Positions 47,597 to 56,063 of a stretch of 64,000 bases of DNA are shown here, piece after piece. The notes beneath the pieces were generated by a model that worked only from the letters and a program-made list of their open reading frames with translations, was not told the origin of the DNA and searched no databases. The translations under genes and the position numbers were made by a program. The stretch's first letter is position 1. Each line of letters begins with the position of its first letter. Source of the DNA: Candidatus Collierbacteria bacterium RIFOXYD2_FULL_45_13 (GTDB taxonomy: Bacteria; Patescibacteriota; Microgenomatia; UBA1400; MFAQ01); assembly GCA_001774685.1 (NCBI GenBank), contig MFAS01000001.1:91489-155488 (forward strand), written 5' to 3'.

Positions 47597-48481
47597 ATGG
47601 GTTTTTTAAAAGAACTTGGAGAGTTTTTGATAAAGATTTCAGAGGGCAAGCTTCAGTTCAAGGCAGATGTTCACTTCTTAGAAAATGTTAAAGATATTAA
47701 AGTAGGTGAATCCAACACGACTTATGTTGACAACAGAACTCTAATTATTGGTGACGATGCGTTGTCTAACCCTGAAGCGGTAAAAAAACTTACGCAAATA
47801 TTCCAATCTGCGATAGATCCAAAAAATAAACAAGCGTATTTTTCGGTAAATAATGGGCAGGAAAGGTTGTTGGAAGTGAAAGAGGCCGATATTTGTTCTT
47901 CAAACATAGACTTCTTTAGGGGTAAAATCTCCGACACAGATTTTATTATTCTACAAACGGCATCTGTAGTTAAAAACATGTATATCAAGGGAAACCAGCC
48001 CGAAGCAAATAGAATAAAACATGAGACTGTAGAAAGGTATGGCAAAAGAGCAAACAATATCATTAACTTATACGCTGAAAGTTACTTCGATACCACACTA
48101 AAGCCACTATATGAGATACTTTACGAAACGGGAGATGCTGACTCTGTAGATATCTTCGACAAAATGTATAGAATAATTGTTTCTGAGGAAGTTTTTACTT
48201 TATTTGTCTCAACGACACAGACAGAAGAACAGGTTTACGATAAGCTTAAGGAAAAAATAGAGGTCAACAGGTCTTACGGTGCTTACAAGATAAATATTCA
48301 TGGAATAAACAAGTCAAATGTTGACAAGATTAATAATGTTGTGGTTAAACTTATTGAAGAAAAAGTGGTTGATGGAATGCCAAATATCATTCAAAAAGGA
48401 CATGCCATCATGGCGCAAATTAAACTTAGTAAAAGAGAAGGAGATGTTGATCCATCAGATGATGTAGTTTCTATAATTTGA
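47597..48481 (+). CDS. Hypothetical protein (294 aa)
   Basis: Long ORF. No recognisable motifs. Confidence 0.5.
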   Translation: MGFLKELGEFLIKISEGKLQFKADVHFLENVKDIKVGESNTTYVDNRTLIIGDDALSNPEAVKKLTQIFQSAIDPKNKQAYFSVNNGQERLLEVKEADICSSNIDFFRGKISDTDFIILQTASVVKNMYIKGNQPEANRIKHETVERYGKRANNIINLYAESYFDTTLKPLYEILYETGDADSVDIFDKMYRIIVSEEVFTLFVSTTQTEEQVYDKLKEKIEVNRSYGAYKINIHGINKSNVDKINNVVVKLIEEKVVDGMPNIIQKGHAIMAQIKLSKREGDVDPSDDVVSII

Positions 48482-48538
48482 TTAGAATTTAGACACAAGC
48501 TGTGACATTTGCCATACCAGACTATTCCTTACATACAT

Positions 48539-49189
48539 TTAATTACAAAACCATGATCTCTCACATCTGGTAGTGCAGGTGCCAGTAAAGCTATTGCAGT
48601 TCTCCTTACAGCACATTGGTGCCTCCATGGGCTTAACTGTTGGGATTTGAATTGGCTGTTGGATTCGAACATTTGTAACGGGAGCTGGTTTGTTGCTTTG
48701 TGCGTACTCCTGCTGTTTCAGCTTGCACTCATCTTTATCCAAAGTTATGTTTACATTACCCACCCCGCAACATGTCGAATTAACACAAGCGCTTTGTTTC
48801 ATTCTCTTCGTACCCCCACCACATTTTTCATGCAAAGGGCAATCTATCAGAGGGTCTGATTGATCTATCTTGGTATTGGTTTTGCTAAGGTCAGCACTTG
48901 GGATTGAGTACAAGACAAAAAAGAACAAAACAAAGACACCGCCAGACACTCCTAGCATTTTCCAGTCTTTATTTCTAAGGACAGAGACAAAAAACAGTAA
49001 AAATCCAATTACCCCAACGAGTATGCCTAATAAGAGTAGGAGCATGTTGAAACCACTTCCGTTTAAAAAGTTTCCACTTACCGAAAGAATTGAGATATAA
49101 AAGATAGCAATTCCTGACAACCAAAGATAAAAATATTGTCTACTGTGGTTGACAGCGTGACTATTCCTTGTCGACTTACCTTTTTTCAT
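48539..49189 (-). CDS. Membrane protein with a Cys-rich C-terminal domain, hypothetical
   Basis: Two or more TMs, more than 12 Cys in the C-terminal 90 aa. Confidence 0.45.
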   Translation of the reverse strand: MKKGKSTRNSHAVNHSRQYFYLWLSGIAIFYISILSVSGNFLNGSGFNMLLLLLGILVGVIGFLLFFVSVLRNKDWKMLGVSGGVFVLFFFVLYSIPSADLSKTNTKIDQSDPLIDCPLHEKCGGGTKRMKQSACVNSTCCGVGNVNITLDKDECKLKQQEYAQSNKPAPVTNVRIQQPIQIPTVKPMEAPMCCKENCNSFTGTCTTRCERSWFCN

Positions 49190-49196
49190 CTTACAT

Positions 49197-49400
49197 TCAG
49201 TTTACACCTGTCATTTTAATGAGATCAGTCATTTTATACCTTCTATCACCTCTTATACCAAACCTGATGGCCTTCAAAATCCCTTTCTTATCCCAAAGCC
49301 TCAAGGTATTTGGGTGAACTCTCAATATTTTGCATGCCTCAGATAGGGTCACAATTTCATTTAATTTCTTTTTCATAGCCATAATTTTTACCAAGTACAA
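49197..49400 (-). CDS. Excisionase/MerR-like helix-turn-helix DNA-binding protein (HTH_17-like)
   Basis: IVTLSEACKILRVHPNTLRLWDKKGILKAIRFGIRGDRRY. Confidence 0.6.
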   Translation of the reverse strand: MYLVKIMAMKKKLNEIVTLSEACKILRVHPNTLRLWDKKGILKAIRFGIRGDRRYKMTDLIKMTGVN

Positions 49401-50107
49401 TACTTTCCAGTCAACTCGTTAAACCTGCCTCTTTGAGACGAGATGGTCTGCATTCGATAATAATCGATTGGGTCTGAAGTTTTAATTCCATACTGTAAAA
49501 GCCTTTCGGATCTGTTTTGATCATTATCTCTTCTCCAATCTTGACATTCTTTTATCTCAGCATCTGCTCCTCTACGATGACATTTCGAATCCATCTCTAG
49601 AAATGCAACTTCCTCTTCATATTTCTTAAGATCTGAATACACCTTTGTTAACTGTTCACCTGTACATATGGCGGGAACAATTTCCCCCTTTATTTCTCGT
49701 GGAACAGCTATTTGCTGGGTTGGACTAGTAATAGAAAACTTTGGAACAGGAAATTTTTGGAACTTAGAAAGAAAATACTTATCATATTCACGAATCATAT
49801 CTGGCGAGTTCATAATTCTATCAATACTCGCCTTTTCAGTTAATCCAAAAAAATTTCTCAGGACATCTTCAGTAATTGAAGTCGTTGGGTGAAGAATTTT
49901 TGTCGGTGTCACTGATGGTTTTCTGGTTGGATAGTTTGTCGGTTTATTTACAACTGGTGAATCAGGCGCAACCAATGTTACGGTTGGCATTACAATCTCT
50001 GTCGATTCCGTAGCTACTGGTGTGTATTTCTCTATTTGTTTGGGTTGATGACTAAATAAGCTTGAAATAGACACAAACATTGCAACAAAAAAGTTTCTCA
50101 TAACCAT
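49388..50107 (-). CDS. Secreted hypothetical protein
   Basis: Signal peptide MVMRNFFVAMFVSISSLFS. 13-nt overlap with the HTH gene. Confidence 0.5.
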   Translation of the reverse strand: MVMRNFFVAMFVSISSLFSHQPKQIEKYTPVATESTEIVMPTVTLVAPDSPVVNKPTNYPTRKPSVTPTKILHPTTSITEDVLRNFFGLTEKASIDRIMNSPDMIREYDKYFLSKFQKFPVPKFSITSPTQQIAVPREIKGEIVPAICTGEQLTKVYSDLKKYEEEVAFLEMDSKCHRRGADAEIKECQDWRRDNDQNRSERLLQYGIKTSDPIDYYRMQTISSQRGRFNELTGKYCTW

Positions 50108-50152
50108 ATCTTACTTGATATTACCTCACAATAAAATACAATATACCTCATC

Positions 50153-50956
50153 ATGAATATAAAGATTATTGAACCAACTTTTATGGCAAGAGAGATCAGA
50201 AAAGTTACTTCATACGAAAAGATTTTTTTAAACATACTTGAAGATGATGCTTACTTTGAGACTAAAGTATTATCTGCAAGAAAAATGCTTGGTATACCTG
50301 AAAACGGATTTGATATTCAGATAAATGTTCTATCCAAAGATTTCCTTAGTGATGTCCTAATGTCTGAAAGAGGGAAGCCACTTATGGAACTGTTAAAACA
50401 CACTGGTCTAAGTCGGCAAAAACACGAGAGACTACTTAGAAAACTGACCCAAGAAATTTGCAACGAGTATCAAATGCACCTTGGTCGATGGGAATTCCCA
50501 ATATCGCTACTAATCATATACAACAAGTTAATTATGTATACAGGAACAAATTTACCTAAAGTTAATCTTGTAAGTGGTTCTGAGGTGTCAGGAAAAACTC
50601 CTTATAGATATCAAATACCTGACAGTTTTGTCTATTTGGAAATAGAAGATATTCTCACAAAAACAGAGTTAATAAGAAGCGTAAAAAAACTTTGGCCCAA
50701 AATAAACAAAATGTTAAAAAAATACAGAAGTCCAATCACATCTGTTCCAAGAATAAAGATTCAAGATCCTACGCTTGAAATCTATAGATTTATATTCCAA
50801 CAAAGACAAAATGAAGACGCTACTTTTACTCAAATTGCTGACAAAATATCCGACAAGTACAACAAACAGTTTTCCGATAACCAAGCCAACATTTATTTCA
50901 CAAGATATCTTGAAACCATAAATAGCCTCAGAAAATCTACCACATCTCAGACATAA
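50153..50956 (+). CDS. Hypothetical protein (267 aa)
   Basis: Long ORF in an AT-rich block. Confidence 0.5.
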   Translation: MNIKIIEPTFMAREIRKVTSYEKIFLNILEDDAYFETKVLSARKMLGIPENGFDIQINVLSKDFLSDVLMSERGKPLMELLKHTGLSRQKHERLLRKLTQEICNEYQMHLGRWEFPISLLIIYNKLIMYTGTNLPKVNLVSGSEVSGKTPYRYQIPDSFVYLEIEDILTKTELIRSVKKLWPKINKMLKKYRSPITSVPRIKIQDPTLEIYRFIFQQRQNEDATFTQIADKISDKYNKQFSDNQANIYFTRYLETINSLRKSTTSQT

Positions 50957-51411
50957 CAACTGTTATGTTTATCTTTTGATGTATTAAGTTCATCCATAAA
51001 AAGTTAGATTTGCTTGTTATTAAAACAGGCAAATATGAATATAAACAATTTCTTTGTTTCAGCAGATCTTCCCTTAGTCACCACCATCTCCCTTTATTAC
51101 CCAATAGACGCCCTCGACAGATCTAGCCCTCCAAGAGTTCAATTTCTTTTTAAGAGGGATGGCGATCTCGATAAGCTGGTTGAGGCTTTCTGGAAAGACG
51201 AACTCAGAGTCAGTCCTCAAATCTTTTTCAACCAACTGAAAATTATTAAGTCTAGGATTCACAACAACTAGTATGTTGAGTCCAGCGTTGATCTCCGAAC
51301 TCCAACAGATTCTTATCTCCGACTTTGGAATCAATGCTGATTTAAAAGAAACTACCAATATCGGCAATTCTCTGGCTAAGTATTTCGAAATATTAATAAA
51401 CATAAACAAAA

Positions 51412-51612
51412 ATGAAAAACCTCAAGTCCCAACCAAAAAACGCAATTATTAAACTCCACAGAGTGCTGGAACAGGCTATCAAAGCCAAGTGCTACGACTG
51501 CCAGTGTGGGCAAAAGAAACTAGACTGCGAAATCATAGCCTGTCCACTTTACTTACTAAGACCATGGGCAAACAAGAAGTATAGGAAAAATAAACAAATT
51601 TCCCAAGGCTAA
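51412..51612 (+). CDS. Small Cys-rich (zinc-binding-like) protein, hypothetical
   Basis: CYDCQCG...C..IACP. Confidence 0.4.
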   Translation: MKNLKSQPKNAIIKLHRVLEQAIKAKCYDCQCGQKKLDCEIIACPLYLLRPWANKKYRKNKQISQG

Positions 51613-51643
51613 ATAATAAATAATTTGATTCCTAGTAATAAAT

Positions 51644-51997
51644 ATGAATATAGACATACAAGACATCAAAGTAAAAATCAAAATCCTCAAAGGAGCCGGG
51701 AAAACACTTGCTCAAGCCTCCATAACACTGTTTGACTGCTGGACGGAACATGGATGGCGAATAATGACCTCTGAACACCTCGATCCCATCCTTCAAGAAT
51801 ATATATGGATTCAATCCCCTTGTTTTAAAGCTGGCTTCTCTTGGAAAGAAATGGTCTTTATCGAACCCAAAGAACAATATGAAAAAGTTTACGAAAAAAT
51901 CTACGACGCATATAGAATCGCCAAATACAAGGAACCACAGGAAGATGAAGCAGAAAAAATATTCACCGACTCAAAAACGAATGAACCACCTTTCTAG
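51644..51997 (+). CDS. Hypothetical protein (117 aa)
   Basis: ORF with an acidic C-terminus. Confidence 0.45.
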   Translation: MNIDIQDIKVKIKILKGAGKTLAQASITLFDCWTEHGWRIMTSEHLDPILQEYIWIQSPCFKAGFSWKEMVFIEPKEQYEKVYEKIYDAYRIAKYKEPQEDEAEKIFTDSKTNEPPF

Positions 51998-52002
51998 ACA
52001 CA

Positions 52003-52085
52003 TAGTAACTAATAGAGTTACTTATATAGTTACTCTATATAGTAACTATATTGTTTCTCTAAATAGAGTATCTATAAAAGTTACT
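52003..52085. promoter_or_regulatory. Iteron-like cluster: 5 copies of AGTAAC/GTTACT in alternating orientation (candidate operator, origin or recombination site)
   Basis: catAGTAACtaatagaGTTACTtatataGTTACTctatatAGTAACtat ... aaaaGTTACTgt seen directly. Lies 45-125 nt upstream of the 52130 gene. Confidence 0.55.
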
Positions 52086-52129
52086 GTACCCGAAAGTATT
52101 AGAATCTCTAATTATTTCGGATAAACAAA

Positions 52130-52744
52130 ATGGGTAGATATTCGTATTCAAGCAAGTCAGAAGCCGACTCACTAAAAAGCGTCAGTGTCTATTGGCTAAA
52201 TAAATATAAATATCTAGAACCTGGCTATACAAAATCGGGTGGAATTGTATGGACTAGGTCAAATGGATCGAAAAACGACATCAGAATTTGTGTTTCCATC
52301 CCCGATCTTTATGTTCAATTCAAATATATTCAAACAGATCGTGAAACCGGAGAGAAAAAAGACTTTGACTACAAGATTCCACTCATCACGTCAGTATGCC
52401 ACTTTGGTGGAATAAGATATTGGTTCAAATGCAGTATGTATAAAAGCGGAAAGTTCTGTGGTCGGAGAGTAGCTACTGTTTACAAAGATGGAGACTACTT
52501 TGCTTGTAGGCATTGTTACGATCTCACATATTCGAGCAAAAAAGAAAATTATAAGGGTTTCTTTGGAATGTTGACAAAATTAATCTATGAAGAAAAAAGA
52601 ATGGAAGCAATTAGAGACTCTCTCAAGAGAAAGACCTACGCTGGCAGACCAACCAAAAAAGTTCGAAGGTTCCTCCGACTCGCTAGTCATCATCCGGAAA
52701 AGGTTCATGAGCTAATCGACCAAAATATATATCGAGCTCGTTGA
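52130..52744 (+). CDS. Zinc-finger protein, hypothetical (Cys4: CHFGG..C / C..CRHC)
   Basis: Basic C-terminus. Preceded by the iteron cluster and followed by the serine recombinase. Confidence 0.5.
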   Translation: MGRYSYSSKSEADSLKSVSVYWLNKYKYLEPGYTKSGGIVWTRSNGSKNDIRICVSIPDLYVQFKYIQTDRETGEKKDFDYKIPLITSVCHFGGIRYWFKCSMYKSGKFCGRRVATVYKDGDYFACRHCYDLTYSSKKENYKGFFGMLTKLIYEEKRMEAIRDSLKRKTYAGRPTKKVRRFLRLASHHPEKVHELIDQNIYRAR

Positions 52745-52793
52745 TTTAACAATACTTGATAATAGATACCAAATAAACTAAACTAAAATAAAT

Positions 52794-54017
52794 ATGAAAA
52801 GTGTTGTTCTGTGTAGAGTTTCCAGCAAAGAGCAAGAAGAAACCGGATATTCTTTGGGGGCACAGGAAAAGTTCCTGAACTCTTATAGAGAGAAACAAGG
52901 ATACCAACTCACAAAGCTCTTCTCTATCTCCGAATCAGCCAGTGGTAAAAAACAAAGAGAGCTTTTTGATCAAATGATTTCATTCGTCAAGAAGAACGAA
53001 ATAAAGGTCATAATCTGCGAGAAAGTCGATCGTCTCACCAGGAATTTTAAAGACATGGTCATGATCGATGAGTGGTTGGAAGAAGATGAAAGCAGGCAAG
53101 TCCACCTAGTCAAAGACTCTCTAATAATTCATAAAAACTCTCGATCTCAAGAAAAACTCAATTGGGGTATTCGAATCCTGTTCGCCAAAAATTATGTCGA
53201 CAACCTATCGGAAGAAGTCAAAAAAGGGCAAAAAGAAAAGATTTCTCAAGGCTGGCTACCAACAAAACCACCGTATGGATATAAAACCATTGGAGAGAGC
53301 GGACACAAAGAACACATCATTGATGACCGAATTGCTCCGCACATAAAAAGAATGTTTGACCTGTACTCTACCGGGATCTATTCCATCAAACGAATAGTCG
53401 AGGTTATATATCAAGAGGGACTAAGATCACATAAAGGAAATAAACTCACAAAGAGTCGAGTTGGTGAACTCCTATCCGATCCGTTTTATATCGGGAAAAA
53501 TGTATGGAATGGTTCTGAATATATCGGAAAACAAGAACATCTGATTTCAGAAGAAACATTTGCGAAGGTACAACAAGTTTTAAAAGGAAAAACAAACCCA
53601 AAATACAGCAAGCACGATTTCCTTTTCAAGGGTCTGATTAAATGTCAGGAGTGTCATGGTACTATCACATGGGAAACTCAAAAAGGAATCATCTATGGCC
53701 ACTGTAATCACTATCGAAACTGTTCTCAAAAAACCTGGTCAAAAGAAAAGGATACAGAAGAAACGGTTCTTAAGGGTCTGGAAAGTTTGAAACTGTATAG
53801 TCCTAAGCTCACAGAATGGATAAGAAAAGCGTTAAAAGAAAGTCACCAGTCAGAGATTGAATACCACGAATCAACGCAAACAGAACTAAAACAAAAATAC
53901 GACCAAGTACAGAATAGATTAGACCGACTCTTCGATGAAAAGATTGATGGAAATATCGAGGATGCGTTCTATAAAAGAAGTTCACTCAGTATTCCGAGGA
54001 AAAAGAAGCCATCCTAA
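52794..54017 (+). CDS. Large serine recombinase / integrase (resolvase catalytic domain + recombinase domain + zinc ribbon)
   Basis: Catalytic-Ser region VLCRVSSKEQEETGYSLGAQ, VDRLTRN, ribbon CQECHG..C..C, coiled-coil tail. Confidence 0.85.
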   Translation: MKSVVLCRVSSKEQEETGYSLGAQEKFLNSYREKQGYQLTKLFSISESASGKKQRELFDQMISFVKKNEIKVIICEKVDRLTRNFKDMVMIDEWLEEDESRQVHLVKDSLIIHKNSRSQEKLNWGIRILFAKNYVDNLSEEVKKGQKEKISQGWLPTKPPYGYKTIGESGHKEHIIDDRIAPHIKRMFDLYSTGIYSIKRIVEVIYQEGLRSHKGNKLTKSRVGELLSDPFYIGKNVWNGSEYIGKQEHLISEETFAKVQQVLKGKTNPKYSKHDFLFKGLIKCQECHGTITWETQKGIIYGHCNHYRNCSQKTWSKEKDTEETVLKGLESLKLYSPKLTEWIRKALKESHQSEIEYHESTQTELKQKYDQVQNRLDRLFDEKIDGNIEDAFYKRSSLSIPRKKKPS

Positions 54018-54352
54018 GTAGCATTAGACGACATTCAGAGTCCTCCACGAACTATCTTCAGAAATGTCTAGCTGTCTATGATATTTCACAAAATGCCACC
54101 GGGTCATACTCAAACGGAACTGTAGAACAAAAACACGAGTTAATAAATCTAGTCTTTAAGTCCCTGACTCTAAATAATGGGGTGCTTGGATACTCCTACA
54201 ATGATCATTTTGACCTGCTACACAAAGCTGTTCAAGCCACCAATAGTTCGAAAGTCGAAAAAACAGTCTCAGAAGACTCTATTATTTTCGAACTAGGTAA
54301 AAAGACGGATAAATCGAACATTAAAGGCCGGATATTACCCACCCGACCTGTT

Positions 54353-54650
54353 TGGCTCCCCCGCGTGGACTCGAACCACGGACATCCTCCTTACAAGTGC
54401 CCTCAACTTTCGAAGAGGCTTGGACTATCTCATCACCGCTGAGCGGTGTCAGGCGTATAGTCTCTGAACCTTCCGATCAACAAACACAGGGGTTTACCCT
54501 GAGCCTGCCGAAGGGCTTGGCTGCGGATTACCATGGCCTTTCGGTCAACAGGCTTCCCGACAGTTAACCCGATTTTCCACCCAAAATTGCTTTCAGGCGC
54601 TGCAAGTTATGTATTACAGGGAGGCGCTCTACCAACTGAGCTACAGGGGA
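54353..54650 (-). tRNA. tRNA-Asn(GUU) interrupted by a group I intron. Exon 1 is 54616..54650, exon 2 is 54353..54393 with CCA encoded
   Basis: Spliced sequence UCCCCUGUAGCUCAGUUGGUAGAGCGCCUCCCUGU|UAAGGAGGAUGUCCGUGGUUCGAGUCCACGCGGGGGAGCCA. Nearly identical in architecture to E. coli tRNA-Asn (anticodon loop CUGUUAA, variable loop AUGUC, T-loop UUCGAGU, discriminator G). 5' exon ends in U and the intron ends in G. Confidence 0.7.
54394..54615 (-). other. Group I intron (222 nt) inserted between anticodon positions 35 and 36
   Basis: Core elements on the RNA strand: Q AAUCCGCAGC (54520-54529), R GUUCAGAGACUA (54458-54469), S GAGAUAGUCC (54422-54431). A candidate internal guide GCAG pairs with the exon end CUGU. 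The ORF-track ORFs 54182..54442 and 54352..54567 overlap it and are spurious. Confidence 0.65.
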
Positions 54651-54680
54651 ATATAAACGAACCTAGTTATTTTACCAACC

Positions 54681-54992
54681 TCACGCCTTTCCCGCAAGGC
54701 TAATATAGCCAGAATGGACCTCTCTGTGGCAATTTGCACACAACAAAACACATTTTAGGACTTCTTCTTTTGTTTTCTCCCACGATCTAGTCAAGCCTCT
54801 ATCTGACAAACCAAACTCTTTGGTCGACCCCTCTATGTGATGGAAATCGAGCGCTTTTATCGCTCTACAATACCCACAAACCACACATTTTCCACCCAAT
54901 AAGTCCACAGCCATTTGTCTTAATTTCTTTCTACGTTTTTTGACAGATCTAATATTACTTTCCCTTACATCAGCATATTTTCTGGTCTCCAT
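54681..54992 (-). CDS. Free-standing HNH endonuclease
   Basis: CVVCGY...DFHHIEG...CANCH (HNH beta-beta-alpha-metal motif). 31 nt upstream of the intron-containing tRNA. Confidence 0.75.
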   Translation of the reverse strand: METRKYADVRESNIRSVKKRRKKLRQMAVDLLGGKCVVCGYCRAIKALDFHHIEGSTKEFGLSDRGLTRSWEKTKEEVLKCVLLCANCHREVHSGYISLAGKA

Positions 54993-55062
54993 CCATATTC
55001 AATTTACCATAAAAAAACCGAAGCTTCAGAGCCAAATTTGGAAACTTAACTATATCCGAATA

Positions 55063-55389
55063 TCAAACCAACTTCCCTAAAACGACGTTCAACAAAGCGA
55101 GCACTACTGCCGCTATAAGTGCCGCTCCGAACCCGTCCACCTTAAACCCGGTTACAAAATTACTCATCAACATTATTAAAAAGGCGTTTATGACAAAGGT
55201 AAATAGCCCCAAGGTCAGGATGTTTACGGGCAAGGTTAACAGAATCAAGATTGGTCTCAAAACAATAGACAGTACCCCCCACACAATAGCCACCACCGCC
55301 AGAGCTTGAAAGTTGGCAATACGCACCCCAGGAACAATATAAGCAGTCACATAAAAAGCCAATGCGTTGACGATTAAGTTAATTAACAT
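55063..55389 (-). CDS. Phage-holin-4_2 family (PF04020-like) four-TM membrane protein
   Basis: MLINLIVNALAFYVTAYIVPGV...VDGFGAALIAAVVLALLN. Confidence 0.55.
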   Translation of the reverse strand: MLINLIVNALAFYVTAYIVPGVRIANFQALAVVAIVWGVLSIVLRPILILLTLPVNILTLGLFTFVINAFLIMLMSNFVTGFKVDGFGAALIAAVVLALLNVVLGKLV

Positions 55390-55454
55390 ACATCATCATA
55401 TTCACATTTCTTACCTCTTGTCAAATTAGTTACTTCAGTCATAATGGTCTCGGT

Positions 55455-56063
55455 ATGACCGAAAATCTAAAGGGTATTTCAGGGTCCATGTTCGCGGGAA
55501 AGACAGAGCTACTTCTCAAAGAAATATCCAGAACCGAAATGGCTGGATACAAAGTCCACGTTTTCAAACCATCAATTGATACTCGTTGGGGTCTTTACGA
55601 AATCCATTCTCATTCCGGCGGGAGTCATGCGGCTACACCCATAAACCATCCTTATGAAATAATTGAACAACTTGAAACCGATGCTGATTTAGTCGCCATC
55701 GATGAAATTCAGTTTTTCGAACCGGAAATTATTGATGTCGTAAGGTTTCTACTGGATCAGGATATCCGCGTCATATTCGCCGGACTCGCTCTAGATTTTC
55801 GAGGAGAATCATTTGGGTCCATGCCGGACCTTCTTGCACTTTGTGACGAAATAGAAAGACCCTCAGCTATCTGCCAATACCCAATACCGGAAAAGAAAAC
55901 TGGTAAATGCGGTGCAGGAGCCACGCGCACACAGCGCATCGTAAACGGCCAACCGGCTAATTATAATGACCCTATTGTTTTGATCGGAGCCTCACAAGAA
56001 TATGAGGCTCGTTGTCCAAATCACCACGAAGTTCCCGGGAAACCTAAACCAAAAATTAAATAG
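55455..56063 (+). CDS. tdk: Thymidine kinase
   Basis: P-loop GSMFAGKTELL, Zn ribbon C..C ... C..H at the C-terminus. Confidence 0.85.
   Translation: MTENLKGISGSMFAGKTELLLKEISRTEMAGYKVHVFKPSIDTRWGLYEIHSHSGGSHAATPINHPYEIIEQLETDADLVAIDEIQFFEPEIIDVVRFLLDQDIRVIFAGLALDFRGESFGSMPDLLALCDEIERPSAICQYPIPEKKTGKCGAGATRTQRIVNGQPANYNDPIVLIGASQEYEARCPNHHEVPGKPKPKIK

Larger units (their letters stand above)
43864..54017. mobile_element. Putative integrated mobile element or prophage remnant: AT-rich block of hypothetical ORFs with an NTase cassette, excisionase-like HTH, iterons and a large serine recombinase. Abuts the intron-containing tRNA-Asn
   Basis: Inference from gene content and the compositional shift. 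Boundaries are approximate and no att duplication was identified. Confidence 0.3.

Noticed and set aside
51014-51409. Overlapping ORFs 51014..51271 (+) and 51074..51409 (-)
   Set aside because: They are mutually exclusive and neither has recognisable motifs. The plus-strand one is colinear with its neighbours, but the evidence is too weak to call either.
54182-54567. Plus-strand ORFs 54182..54442 and 54352..54567 from the ORF track
   Set aside because: They overlap the tRNA-Asn exons and the group I intron on the opposite strand and have no RBS or motifs. They are treated as spurious.
54343-54660. tmRNA (ssrA) hypothesis for the roughly 300-nt region with a tRNA-like CCA 3' end
   Set aside because: The 5' part has a canonical tRNA D-arm (GCUC-AGUUGGUA-GAGC) and anticodon stem, which tmRNA lacks. 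The interior carries group I intron Q/R/S core elements. It is therefore interpreted as an intron-containing tRNA-Asn instead.
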